Origin: an uncultured bacterium
GTDB lineage: Bacteria > Vulcanimicrobiota > JAJTBE01 > CAZSLZ01
NCBI GenBank assembly: GCA_964607865.1
Contig: CAZSLZ010000003.1
Coordinates: 1 to 55,204 of the forward strand
Direction: 5' to 3'
DNA length: 55,204 nucleotides
The notes under the pieces were generated by a model, which made no database searches, was not told the DNA's origin, and worked only from the letters and a program-made list of their open reading frames with translations. A program made the translations under genes and the position numbers. Positions 1 to 10,158 of this stretch are shown here, piece after piece; within the stretch, counting starts at the first letter, position 1; each line of letters begins with the position of its first letter.

Positions 1-1135
1 CCACTATGAAAGGATTGGTTCCCACACACCGTAACGATTGTCCTTCCCTGGAGGGATCACCGGCGGAGGTTTCTATGGATTCTCCCAGCATGAAGAATGC
101 AGCACCCTGTTCGGGGGTAAGCCTGGCCACAGCGGGTACCACATCTTTACGTCGGGTGATAAAGACCACAATATCTGCCTTTTTCAGATCAATATTATCA
201 TCGGTAAAGTCCATATCACGGCGATGGACTACCGCCCGCCCGTTGGACGTCCGGGCATAATTCAGAAAATCCACGGTTCCATCTTCGCCCACCCAGATAT
301 TTTCCAGGATCGCCCGAGAAGAAGTGGCAGCATTATAAAGCAAAGGCTGTCCCTGGGGTTCCAACCCCTCGGTTTTTATGTAAAAATTATCTTCAGTTCC
401 CAGGCAATACATGTCATGCTGTAAAATAATGACATCGTCCTGGCGAATTGTCACGCCGTCAGTTCCTGCAAGGCCATGGTGATGGCATGTGAGGGTGGTT
501 TTTCCCGTTCCCGAAAGCCCGAAAAAGATTGCCCCCTTCCGATGGGTCTTACCGTTGTTTTTAAAGTAAATCTCCTTGCTGCCCGCATGCAGCCCCAGCA
601 TACCCCTTTGCTTGGCAATATACATGGCCATTCTGAGATTGGCTTTTTTTATTTCGCCTATATAATCGGTACCCAGAACAAAAGTGGTATGAGATTTGGG
701 GTCAACCAGCACCCGGCGTTCCGTCCAGTCCGGGCAGGCTATAACCTTGATATCAGGTTTGCCACCAGTATTTTCACAATCAAACAGAGTCTGCCCCCAT
801 GCATAGGGTATCTGGGCAAACTCCCGGGGCACATAATACCTGCAGTGCAGAGTCTTTCCGTCTTTTTTGCACATTTGCCGGTCCAGCTGGATAAGGGTTC
901 TGGTTTTAAGATGCTCTATTACTTTTCTGATAAGTTTCTCCTGTTCGGGGGTGGCATCATTGTAAATAATGTCGGTAAGTTTTGCAGATCTGCTTTTAAT
1001 ATTTGAAATATAAGATGCGCTGCCAAATTCCGTGGTTCTTTCATTGTTGCTGGCCATATTTCTTAATTCATCAAAAGTGGGGTTAACAATTATTTGTTTT
1101 GCTTCAACAGGTGTTTCGAAAATATCTTTCTTCAT
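1..1135 (-). CDS. pckA: Phosphoenolpyruvate carboxykinase (ATP), partial (runs off left edge)
   Basis: Not in the ORF track. Manual translation gives MKKDIFETPVEAKQ...GTDYIGEIKKANLRMAMY...LGLHAGSK...GAIFFGLSGTGKTTLTCH...IRQDDV...GTEDNFYIKTEGL, which has the PEPCK kinase-1a and kinase-2 motifs. AGGAG lies upstream of the ATG at 1135. Confidence 0.92.
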   Translation of the reverse strand, partial: MKKDIFETPVEAKQIIVNPTFDELRNMASNNERTTEFGSASYISNIKSRSAKLTDIIYNDATPEQEKLIRKVIEHLKTRTLIQLDRQMCKKDGKTLHCRYYVPREFAQIPYAWGQTLFDCENTGGKPDIKVIACPDWTERRVLVDPKSHTTFVLGTDYIGEIKKANLRMAMYIAKQRGMLGLHAGSKEIYFKNNGKTHRKGAIFFGLSGTGKTTLTCHHHGLAGTDGVTIRQDDVIILQHDMYCLGTEDNFYIKTEGLEPQGQPLLYNAATSSRAILENIWVGEDGTVDFLNYARTSNGRAVVHRRDMDFTDDNIDLKKADIVVFITRRKDVVPAVARLTPEQGAAFFMLGESIETSAGDPSREGQSLRCVGTNPFIV

Positions 1136-1456
1136 GCCCGGCTCCTTTCAGGAAAAAACTATGCTATTTTTACCAATTTATCACTTCTTGGGGACAATAA
1201 TTATCCCTTTCAAAAAAAACCCTTTCTTTATTTAATTAATAAGGATTTTTTTATGTTTTATCTAATACCATGATAATAATTTCTATATTTTGAATCTGTT
1301 TTAAAGAGGAATTTTCAGAGAAAAACAGAATTTTAAAGCGGGTATATGTAACATAGGAAAATATATCCGCAATTATTTTTTTCAACATTCAAGGAAGGGG
1401 GTGGCCTTAGCCACAAATAACTCTCTTTTTTGAGGAAATTTGTGTGAAAGGAGACT

Positions 1457-1993
1457 ATGATGAGAGGAATCGCAAAAGTCAGCCTGGCAGTATTGATGCT
1501 TTTTGCCCTGGTTGTTATGGCCAATGGGATGGCATTTGCCGAAGAGCCTGATAATGTAAATGTTCTTATTGAAGAGCAGGTACATCAGACTTATAAGGAG
1601 TATCACTATCCCCAGGGAAACCGTATGTTCTATCTTCCCCGTTGGCATGAGGTGAAATTTGATGTTCACAATGGCAAATTCTTCCTGGTCAAGTATTTAC
1701 CTCACCACAACAGATACCTGGAAAGTTCTGCTGAAGAGGATTTCAAAGCTACGGTATTTTTCTATTCACCCATGGGTGAGCTTTTCGGACAGAGAAGAAT
1801 TACCAATCTTGAAAAGAACAGATATCATTCAGTACCTCATAATGATCGCTCACCCCATTATGAAAGACTGATTGTTAAAATTCAGAATAATCAGAATTTC
1901 AACAAGGATTTCAAATTCTACGTGTTGGATCCTGTGGATCCTGTAATGGGCACACCCATGAAAAACGCAACTTTCAGAGTGATCTTTGAATAA
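1457..1993 (+). CDS. Secreted hypothetical protein
   Basis: Sec signal peptide ending AFA-EE, AGGAG RBS, terminator downstream. Confidence 0.75.
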   Translation: MMRGIAKVSLAVLMLFALVVMANGMAFAEEPDNVNVLIEEQVHQTYKEYHYPQGNRMFYLPRWHEVKFDVHNGKFFLVKYLPHHNRYLESSAEEDFKATVFFYSPMGELFGQRRITNLEKNRYHSVPHNDRSPHYERLIVKIQNNQNFNKDFKFYVLDPVDPVMGTPMKNATFRVIFE

Positions 1994-2020
1994 TTAGATT
2001 TACGAGGATTTGAACTTTTA

Positions 2021-2057
2021 AAGGGGCTGTCTCAATAGGATAGTCCCTTTTGTTTTT
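2021..2057 (+). terminator. Rho-independent terminator
   Basis: AAGGGGCTGTC...GATAGTCCCTT hairpin followed by a T-tract, between convergent genes. Confidence 0.65.
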
Positions 2058-2127
2058 ATCAATGAAAACCTGACCCCGCCATTTTGAGCATGAAAACCAG
2101 AGAAGCTTTCCTTACAGAAAAGCCTTT

Positions 2128-2439
2128 TTATTCCATTATTTCACTCATCATTTCTATAATACCCTGATCGACCTCATCCCTCTCCAATAACTGCCAGCGG
2201 GCAAAACCAGGCTTCAGGTTCTCGGCATACTCGCCAGCCATCAATACAGCTGCCTTCTGAGGATGATTTTTTACACTGATATATGCCCTCACCAGAGCTG
2301 CAATAGTAGCCTCCTGAAAAACCAGAAACTCATCTTCGGTTTCAACCAATGCCCTTAAATGTTTGTGGTTTTCACCGGGCGCTCCCATGCGAATAGTTTT
2401 TATATCTACATTCCTGTATGTTTTAACTTTTTTTTCCAA
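2128..2439 (-). CDS. Small conserved hypothetical protein
   Basis: TTG start with GAGGTGG RBS. The H.H.R...FQEATIAALVRAY..VK.HP...LKPGFA.WQLLE pattern looks like a real conserved family of unknown function. Confidence 0.7.
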   Translation of the reverse strand: MEKKVKTYRNVDIKTIRMGAPGENHKHLRALVETEDEFLVFQEATIAALVRAYISVKNHPQKAAVLMAGEYAENLKPGFARWQLLERDEVDQGIIEMMSEIME

Positions 2440-2492
2440 TTTTCCACCTCATAATAAATAACAAATATTATTCTTAACCTGGTTAATTATCC

Positions 2493-3506
2493 TCAATTGT
2501 TATTGGCCTCGGGAATGGCCTTCCCTTCTTTATTCAGAGGAGCCTCGTTGTCGTTTTCCGGGGGTGAGCAGCCCGGCTTCCCAATTTCTGGCTTTATTGG
2601 ACAACTCTGGTTTTCCCTGGTATTCAAATAGACATAGCAAAACTCCGCACCCAGCAGAAGAACTATGGAGGATATGAAAAACCATAGCATAATGCCCAGC
2701 AGGCCCCCTATGGAACCATAAACCTGTGACAGGCGGGCGATGTTACTGATATACCATATATATAGAGCTTCCAGAATTTTATAAAGTATGGTAGCCAAAA
2801 CCGCTCCGGGAAGTACATCGCCGAAGGTGAGATCCAGGTGGGGCAGAATTTTATATAACAGCAGGAAAATAACAAAAACCAGCAGGGTGGATAATCCCCA
2901 TCTTTCCAGGGAAGACCAGAAAGAAATTTCCGACAGGGATATATCTAACACGGGAATCTTTAACTTGATGAGAAAAGTTGAAATGGTGGAAATAAGCATA
3001 AAAATTATCACCACCAGAAAAAGAATAAAAATGAGGGTGAATGCCAGAATATTTCTGCTGATGACACTGCGGGAGGAATTGTTACCCCAGACCCTGTTAA
3101 TACTGTATTCCATTGCCAGAAAAATACCCCGGCCAGACCAGGTTAACAGTAAAAGCCCTAGCAAACCCACCTTGCCACGATCCTCGGCTATAGTTCTTAC
3201 ATTATCCAGAATAAGTTTGCTCTGTCCCGGAATAAGGCGGTTTACGAAATTGCTTATAGCCTGAATGGCATCGGCAGAACTGATGCTGTAACCCACCACG
3301 CTTATAACAATAAGCAGAATGGGTATCATTGAAAACATGGCAAAATAGGCGATGCCCGCCGATAAGTGAAATCCCCCGTCTTTCCCGAATTCCATAACAG
3401 TATTTTCAATTATTAAATACCAACGCCCTGTAATTCTATGCTCTCTGACGGGTTTCACCAGGGAAGCAAAAAAATCGGTTATTTTTTTAAATTGTTTCTT
3501 TCCCAT
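2493..3506 (-). CDS. YihY/virulence factor BrkB family membrane protein
   Basis: SAGIAYFAMFSMIP, LLYKILP, YGSIGGLLGIMLW and LLLGAE motifs; about 6 TM helices. Confidence 0.9.
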   Translation of the reverse strand: MGKKQFKKITDFFASLVKPVREHRITGRWYLIIENTVMEFGKDGGFHLSAGIAYFAMFSMIPILLIVISVVGYSISSADAIQAISNFVNRLIPGQSKLILDNVRTIAEDRGKVGLLGLLLLTWSGRGIFLAMEYSINRVWGNNSSRSVISRNILAFTLIFILFLVVIIFMLISTISTFLIKLKIPVLDISLSEISFWSSLERWGLSTLLVFVIFLLLYKILPHLDLTFGDVLPGAVLATILYKILEALYIWYISNIARLSQVYGSIGGLLGIMLWFFISSIVLLLGAEFCYVYLNTRENQSCPIKPEIGKPGCSPPENDNEAPLNKEGKAIPEANNN

Positions 3507-3508
3507 TT

Positions 3509-5188
3509 CTAATCTTTAAACAGCTGAAGTATTACAATGAGATCCGTTATCTGTTGGACCACATCCTTATAGGAAATAATCTCTGAGTAAGGCAAATATA
3601 TAACGTCGCCGGGATTAAGTTCGAAGTCCTGGGCATTACCGGTCAATATTGAACGTAAATCGACAGTTCTCACCACAGTTTCGCCATTGAAATTGGATAC
3701 CACCCTGGTCTGCCTCATTCTTGCCCTGCGGGTGGGGCCTCCCGCCATTGCCACATACTCTTTCAGAGTATTGCCCACATTATAACGATAAGCGCCCGGC
3801 GCCCTGATTTCACCCACCATATATACATTGGTCCGTTCTGCGGGAACCACAAATACATCGCCGGCTTCAAGACAGACATTCTGAGACTCGTCGTCTTCAT
3901 TAAGCAGCCTGTTCAAATCAACATGGATAATTTTTCGCAGGCCCTCGCCAACGGGACGTTCAATTCTTGCCCGGTTCAAATCAGCCTGGGCGGTAGGGCC
4001 GCCGAGTGCCACCACCAGGTCTTTAACCGTTTCCCCTTCTCTTAACTCATATTGTCCCATCTTCATCAATTCCTGCTGCCCTGTCAGGCTGTTGGTGAGT
4101 TTATCAAAAAGCTGGGTTCCTTCCAGTTCCCCAATAACGGTAATTTTCTTTAAAAATATTGAAAGTTTTGGTAAAAAAACCACATCTCCATCAGCCAGAA
4201 CAACATTTTCAGGGCTTTCCGGGTTGTTTACAACTTCTCTTAAATTAATATGCAACAGTTTCAACGATTTATCAGCTTCCAGCCTGGTAATCTTGGTTTC
4301 ATCCAGTTTAGCCCTGTTACCCGGCTCTACCATTTTCACCAGATCCAGTAAAGTTTCCCCTTCTACCAGTTCAAAAGGCCCGGTTCGTTTAAAGAAACCT
4401 TCCACGGAAACTCTTTCCTGCATCAGGGGAACGTGAACCACATCGCCTTTTCTCAGGGGGACATTCTCCTCCTCATCAGCCAGGAAAAACCAAGTAAACA
4501 GATCAATTCTCTGTTTTGTTTCGTTTCTGAGGTTCTTCAATACCACATTTCTTAAAGATGCCCCATTTTTGAGCCCCTCGGCAAGGCCAATGGCATCGCA
4601 GGCGCCCACGGTTGGATTCACCACATAGGTTCCAGGATTAACCACCTCGCCCAGTATTTCCACCTGGAATGTTCTCAACTTGGTTAACTGGACTTCAACC
4701 TTGGTATTTTTATAGTATTTTGAAATAACAGAAAATATCTTTTGTTGAGCCTGCTCAAGGGTAAGGCCTTCAACATGGATAGGCCCGGCAGGGGCAAGAA
4801 AAACAGTACCGTTGGGCTGAACCGACACCGGGTTATTCTGGGAAACTCCCCCATAAAATAAAATGTTGAAATTATCTCCCGGCCCTAGTTCATAGGTAGC
4901 AGGGTCTATATGAGAAACATCGGATTTTGCCATAATGTCGTCGGCAGTAGGGAATTGCACCTCGTCCAGTTCCTCATCAGATGAAGCGGGGGCTGCAGCT
5001 GAGGGTTTACCTCCGCCTTCGGCAGGCGCCATATTACCTTTCACTGAGGGAACATCAAACATGTCACCCCGCAAATTGCTTCTCATAAGCCTTTCACTGG
5101 CTTCCATCTCGAACTCCTGGCCATGTACAGTCACAGTAAACCCGAGTATTACGCAAAAAATTAATAAAATAAAGGAAATTTTCTTCAT
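3509..5188 (-). CDS. Polysaccharide export protein with SLBB domains (Wza/KpsD-like)
   Basis: Signal peptide from MKKISF, Poly_export motif YELGPGD, repeated SLBB units (GEV..PG.Y, L..GD.V.VP). Confidence 0.88.
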   Translation of the reverse strand: MKKISFILLIFCVILGFTVTVHGQEFEMEASERLMRSNLRGDMFDVPSVKGNMAPAEGGGKPSAAAPASSDEELDEVQFPTADDIMAKSDVSHIDPATYELGPGDNFNILFYGGVSQNNPVSVQPNGTVFLAPAGPIHVEGLTLEQAQQKIFSVISKYYKNTKVEVQLTKLRTFQVEILGEVVNPGTYVVNPTVGACDAIGLAEGLKNGASLRNVVLKNLRNETKQRIDLFTWFFLADEEENVPLRKGDVVHVPLMQERVSVEGFFKRTGPFELVEGETLLDLVKMVEPGNRAKLDETKITRLEADKSLKLLHINLREVVNNPESPENVVLADGDVVFLPKLSIFLKKITVIGELEGTQLFDKLTNSLTGQQELMKMGQYELREGETVKDLVVALGGPTAQADLNRARIERPVGEGLRKIIHVDLNRLLNEDDESQNVCLEAGDVFVVPAERTNVYMVGEIRAPGAYRYNVGNTLKEYVAMAGGPTRRARMRQTRVVSNFNGETVVRTVDLRSILTGNAQDFELNPGDVIYLPYSEIISYKDVVQQITDLIVILQLFKD

Positions 5189-5340
5189 TATTTTCTCACC
5201 ATAAATCATTTTTAGCCCTTCTTCTTCCATTTTGCTCATTTCCCTTTAACCGCAGGGGGTTGAATTGGCAAAATGTGTTATTAAGTTAAGGAGCAAAGGA
5301 ATCTATTTTTATTCGGTGAAGAAATTAAAAAAACTGGAGG

Positions 5341-7461
5341 TTGAAATTGATTACTGAAGATGCAGTTATAGAAAAAATGTTAAACCCGGCTTCTTTTGCC
5401 GTTGTCGGCGCATCGGCGCGCCCCGGCAGCCTGGGTAACATGCTCATGAAAAAGGTTACCGGTTTTGATTACAAGGGAAAAATTTATCCCATAAACCCAA
5501 AAACCCCCGAGATTGAAGGTATCAAGGCATACCCTTCTGTAATGGATGTGCCCGGTGAAATCGATACCGCTGTACTCTGCGTTCCCGGCCGGTTTGTTAT
5601 AGATGTTGTAAAACAACTTGGGAAAAAGGGAGTCAGATCCTGCATTATAATATCAGCAGGGTTCAAGGAAATTGGCCCCGAGGGAGTTCAACGGGAAAAA
5701 GAGTTAAAAAAGATAGCCAGGGATTTAAACATAAGAATCATTGGCCCTAATTGTTTCGGAATAATAAACGGTAAGGAAAAAACTTCTCTTGACTGCACTT
5801 TTGCCCGAAATTTCTGCAACAGAGGCAAAATCGGTTTTATTTCCCAGAGCGGGGCACTGGGGGCAGCAGTTAACGAAGACCTGCGGCGAACCACTATGGG
5901 CTTGTCATATTTTATCAGCCTGGGCAACCGCATCGATTTCAACGAAAACGAAGCGTTGGAATACCTAGCCCAGGACCCTGAAACAAAGGTGATAATGGTT
6001 TATCTGGAAAACTTTGCCAACCCCCTGAAATTTCTGGAAATCGCCAGAAAGGTTACTCCTGAAAAACCCATTATTGCCATAAAGGCGGGACGGGGTGAAA
6101 AAGCTGCCAAAGCTGTGGCTTCCCATACCGGCTCATTGGCGCAATCCGATTCCATGATTGACGCATTGATGAAAAAAGCCGGTGTTGTGAGAGTTTTCTC
6201 AGTGGATGAAATGATTATGGCCGCAAAGGCAATGTATGCGGAGATAATACCCCGCAAGCAAGACCTGGCAATAATAACCAACGCCGGTGGTTTCGGGGTG
6301 TTATCTATAGATAAAGCTGAGGAGTTAGGAATAAGACTTGCCAGTTTAAATGAAAAAACCGTGAAATTTCTGAAAGAGAATTTACCCGAAGAAGCTTCCT
6401 GCCATAACCCTGTGGACTTATTGGGTACCGCCACCGATAAGGAATATGCAGTTGCCCTGGAAGGTGTGCTGAGAGATCCCGATGTGGGAGGAATAGTTTA
6501 CAATTTTGGCCCGCCTGTGATGCAGAAGGCTGCCCCCATAGCTCAATGCGCGGTAGATCTGGCAAGAAAATATCCCGGCCGGTTGATTTTATCAATCTAT
6601 ATGAACCGGCGCCGTGTAATGTGGCCCTTTGAGGAAGCAAAAGATGTTTACATAGCCCAGTATGATTACCCTGAGGACGCGGTATTTGGTTACAGCAAGT
6701 TGATGGAATACGCCAGAGCCCGCAGGATTGTGCGGGAACAACCGGCACAATTGGATGTGGGCCGGGAAAAAGTCAGAAAAATTCTTGATGATGCTGAGAG
6801 AGAAGGCAAAAAACAACTCGATTTTGATGAAGCTGAAGAGATTTTGAAAATATACGGAATTCCCGTGGCTTCATCGGCAATCGTCAGGGAGCTGGACCAG
6901 CTTGAAACGCAGTCGGGTCACATTCGTTTTCCCGTGGCGGTAAAACCGTTATGGGGCGGAATTGTTCACAAAACCGAAATGAATGCTGTAAGGATAGGAA
7001 TCAAGGACAAGGTGGAGTTAGCCCTGGCTTTACGGGAGATATCCAAAGGTATAGAAGAAATTACCGGCGAGAAATATACCCGCGGTTTTGTGGTTCAGGA
7101 GATGGCCCGGGGAGACCGGGAAATCATAATGGGTTTTTCCCGCCAGGCCGGCGATGTGCCCACCCTTATATTCGGGCTGGGCGGAATATTCGTGGAAGCT
7201 CTGAAAGACGTTTCCATAGCCATACCTCCCATAACCAGGAACGAAGCCAGAGAAATGATACAAAGCATTAAAAGCTATCCTCTGCTGAAAGGTTTCCGTG
7301 GCAAACCCGGGATAGATCTGGAAAGTCTGGCAGAAACCCTGGTCCGCATCTCCCATTTGGCAAATGATTTTCCCAGAATCAGGGAAATGGATATGAACCC
7401 CTTTATTGCCTCGGCAAAAAAAGGCGAATCGCTGGCAGTTGATGTGAGGATGATACTATAG
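5341..7461 (+). CDS. Acetate--CoA ligase (ADP-forming), fused alpha/beta
   Basis: CoA-binding AVVGAS, IGPNCFG, SQSGALG, active-site ASHTGSLA, NPVDLLG, and C-terminal ATP-grasp (HKTE, VQEM, GLGGIFVE, DMNP). Confidence 0.9.
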   Translation: MKLITEDAVIEKMLNPASFAVVGASARPGSLGNMLMKKVTGFDYKGKIYPINPKTPEIEGIKAYPSVMDVPGEIDTAVLCVPGRFVIDVVKQLGKKGVRSCIIISAGFKEIGPEGVQREKELKKIARDLNIRIIGPNCFGIINGKEKTSLDCTFARNFCNRGKIGFISQSGALGAAVNEDLRRTTMGLSYFISLGNRIDFNENEALEYLAQDPETKVIMVYLENFANPLKFLEIARKVTPEKPIIAIKAGRGEKAAKAVASHTGSLAQSDSMIDALMKKAGVVRVFSVDEMIMAAKAMYAEIIPRKQDLAIITNAGGFGVLSIDKAEELGIRLASLNEKTVKFLKENLPEEASCHNPVDLLGTATDKEYAVALEGVLRDPDVGGIVYNFGPPVMQKAAPIAQCAVDLARKYPGRLILSIYMNRRRVMWPFEEAKDVYIAQYDYPEDAVFGYSKLMEYARARRIVREQPAQLDVGREKVRKILDDAEREGKKQLDFDEAEEILKIYGIPVASSAIVRELDQLETQSGHIRFPVAVKPLWGGIVHKTEMNAVRIGIKDKVELALALREISKGIEEITGEKYTRGFVVQEMARGDREIIMGFSRQAGDVPTLIFGLGGIFVEALKDVSIAIPPITRNEAREMIQSIKSYPLLKGFRGKPGIDLESLAETLVRISHLANDFPRIREMDMNPFIASAKKGESLAVDVRMIL

Positions 7462-7478
7462 TATTGAGGAAATAGAAG

Positions 7479-8789
7479 TTGTTTTTTGAAAAAAAAACCA
7501 TATTTTATGCATTATTGGGAATGCTTGTAATAGCCACCCTGGGTTTTTTTATTGATTCGGTTCTCATTTTTTTTATTTACAACTTATTGCTTTTCAGTAT
7601 TTTTACCCTGGATTTTACCAGAACGCCCAGAAAAGAGACAATTAAAGTTACCCGCCAACTGGATGACAAGCTGTCACTGGGTATAGACAATAAAATTACC
7701 ATTATTGTAACAAACAACTCCAACACCAGGGTTAAAATAGATGTCAGGGACTGGTATCCTTATGATTTCAGGATCAGCCAGAAAGTTTTGTCCTGCATGG
7801 CGGATGCCCGGTCTGAAAAAAAGTTGAGTTATAAAGTTACTCCTTTAAAAAGAGGAAAATATAAATTTGGAAATATAGCGGTTCGGGTTCATGGTATTCT
7901 GGGCCTGGTTGGCCGTCAATTCAAAATTAATGGGGAAAAGGAAATACGAGTCTATCCCAATATCAGGGATATTTCTTCTTATCTTTTATTGGCCCGCAGG
8001 GGCAGGCTTACCGAGGTGGGGTTGAAACGTTCCCGCATTTATGGAATGGGAACCGAATTTGAATATCTGAAAGAATACCAGCCCGATGATGAATACCGAA
8101 AAATAAACTGGAAAGCCACTGCCCGGCGGAACAGATTAATTACCTCCCAATATGAAATTGAAAGAAGCCAGAATATTTTCATAGTTATTGAAGCCGGCCG
8201 AATGATGACTTCCAGGGTTGACGGAATAGCCAAATTTGATTATGCCCTGAATGCAGCTTTAATGCTGTCTTACATCGCAATGGACCGTGGCGACAACGTG
8301 GGCCTGATGGTTTTTGATGAGGATGTAAAGGCCTACCTGCCTCCCGGCAAGGGAAAAAAACAATTAAGGCTGATTGTGGAAGCATTGTATAATCAGCATC
8401 CCTCTCTGGTGGAACCCGATTACGGCAGGGCCATAAGATATCTGTCCTTGAAAAACCGGAAGCGGAGCCTGGTGGTGTTTTTTACGGATCTAATCGACGA
8501 GGATGTTTCAAAAGCAATCGTTCTATACACCCGCACCTTATACCCCAAGCACCTTCCTTTATGTGTGGCTATCGCTGACCCAAAAGTGGAAGAAGAAACC
8601 CTGGGGAACACTGATACTATAAGGGAGGTGTACAGCAAGGCTGTGGCAGAGGAATTATTACAACAGAGAGAACAGGTGAAAATTGCCTTGCAGAAAGGCG
8701 GAGTGTTAACGCTGGATACCATGCCCAAAAACCTGACTCCATTTTTAATTTCCCGATACCTGGAAGTCAAAGCCAAAAACCGTTTATAA
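7479..8789 (+). CDS. DUF58 domain protein (vWA-like, MoxR-associated family)
   Basis: GTEFEYLKEYQPDDEYRKINWKATAR, RGDNVGL and RSLVVFFTD motifs; N-terminal TM segments. Confidence 0.88.
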   Translation: MFFEKKTIFYALLGMLVIATLGFFIDSVLIFFIYNLLLFSIFTLDFTRTPRKETIKVTRQLDDKLSLGIDNKITIIVTNNSNTRVKIDVRDWYPYDFRISQKVLSCMADARSEKKLSYKVTPLKRGKYKFGNIAVRVHGILGLVGRQFKINGEKEIRVYPNIRDISSYLLLARRGRLTEVGLKRSRIYGMGTEFEYLKEYQPDDEYRKINWKATARRNRLITSQYEIERSQNIFIVIEAGRMMTSRVDGIAKFDYALNAALMLSYIAMDRGDNVGLMVFDEDVKAYLPPGKGKKQLRLIVEALYNQHPSLVEPDYGRAIRYLSLKNRKRSLVVFFTDLIDEDVSKAIVLYTRTLYPKHLPLCVAIADPKVEEETLGNTDTIREVYSKAVAEELLQQREQVKIALQKGGVLTLDTMPKNLTPFLISRYLEVKAKNRL

Positions 8790-8936
8790 TATTTTATATT
8801 GGAATTTCATTTTACCAATAAGTGTTTTGTAAACAACTTTGAATAAATTATCCGAATAAGGATTTTTTGCAAATATTTCGAATATCATAATAAGTTGTTA
8901 TTTATTAAAAATATTCAGAGAAGGAAGGAACAGGTT

Positions 8937-9350
8937 GTGGAGAATAAAAAGCCCGATTTGAAAGCGCTTCTGTGCTGTAAGGATGTATTAAAGAACAGCA
9001 GAAACCCCTCGGTTATTTCGATTATTAATATTTTCAATGAATTAAGGGTGAGTAAATTTCCTCTTAATATTGAAACTATCTGCCTGGTGGCAATTTATGG
9101 CGGGGCTGCCGGTGAGTTCAAGCACAGGTTTGAGATTTACGAAAAAGATCAGAAAATCGGCGGAACTCCTGATGAAACTTTTTTTCTTGAAAACCGTAAT
9201 TCAATTTTTCATGTCATTGCCTATATTGACGGCCTGGGAGTTGCAGAGCCCAAGCACTTTGTTATCAGATCCTTAATTGACGGGGAAGTTGACGGGGAAA
9301 CCACCCTGGGTATATTCAAACCCTTCAGGCCCGAGGAATCGGAAGACTGA
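8937..9350 (+). CDS. Hypothetical protein (DUF6941-like beta-sandwich)
   Basis: GTG start after AAGGAAGG. ALLCCKDV...SIINIFNEL...FP pattern; sits immediately before coaE. Confidence 0.6.
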   Translation: MENKKPDLKALLCCKDVLKNSRNPSVISIINIFNELRVSKFPLNIETICLVAIYGGAAGEFKHRFEIYEKDQKIGGTPDETFFLENRNSIFHVIAYIDGLGVAEPKHFVIRSLIDGEVDGETTLGIFKPFRPEESED

Positions 9351-9357
9351 ATAACAA

Positions 9358-9990
9358 ATGAGAAATAAAAACCGGCCTTATAACCCGGAAAAATATGTTA
9401 TTGCATTAACCGGAAGTATTGCCACAGGAAAGAGCCTGGTGGCAAAAGAGCTGGCAGATCTTGGAGCCTGTATTGTGGATACAGACCTTATTGCAAGGCA
9501 GGTAGTAACCCCGGGCTCGCCTGCCCTGAAGCAGATTGTTGAAGTATGGGGAGAGGAGTTATTAAACTCCGATGAAACCCTGAACCGAAAAAAAATGGGA
9601 GAAATTATTTTCTCCTCTGAAAAAGCGCGGAAAAAACTCAACTCCATTATGCACCCCCGTATTCGGGAAGAAATGATCCGCCAGGTTAACCAGTGCCGCT
9701 CCAGGGTGGCGGTAATTGTAATTCCACTGCTGTATGAAGCTGATATTGTTATTAACCATGATGAAGCCTGGGTGGTGTATTGTACTCCGCTTCAGCAGAA
9801 GGAAAGGTTGATGCGGCGCGAGGGAATTCAACCAGATAAGGCAATAAGGAAAATCGAATCCCAGATATCTATTGAAAAAAAGAAAACCATGGCACAGGTT
9901 GTTATTGACAATACCCGGACACCAGAAAAAACCAGGAAAGAAGTTCAAAAGGCCTGGAAAAACCTGCTGAGCCGCCTGGAAAATACTTAA
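9358..9990 (+). CDS. coaE: Dephospho-CoA kinase
   Basis: IALTGSIATGKS P-loop, DTDLIARQVV, LNSIMHPRI, IPLLYE, VIDN. Confidence 0.95.
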   Translation: MRNKNRPYNPEKYVIALTGSIATGKSLVAKELADLGACIVDTDLIARQVVTPGSPALKQIVEVWGEELLNSDETLNRKKMGEIIFSSEKARKKLNSIMHPRIREEMIRQVNQCRSRVAVIVIPLLYEADIVINHDEAWVVYCTPLQQKERLMRREGIQPDKAIRKIESQISIEKKKTMAQVVIDNTRTPEKTRKEVQKAWKNLLSRLENT

Positions 9991-10158
9991 AATATCTTTT
10001 AAATTATAAACTTTTCTGGTATAATATAATTTTCAAACATAAATATTGATTACAGAAAAGTTCTAAAGTTTTTTGCTCAAGAAAAATGATATACAAAGAC
10101 TGGTATCAACAAGATGTGGCAGGCGGGTTGCAACCAGAAAATGTTTAAGGGGAAAAAT

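Noticed and set aside
6-1235. Plus-strand ORFs 6..260, 38..424, 476..1006, 1032..1235
   Set aside because: Antisense shadows of the minus-strand pckA, which the ORF track omitted because it runs off the edge.
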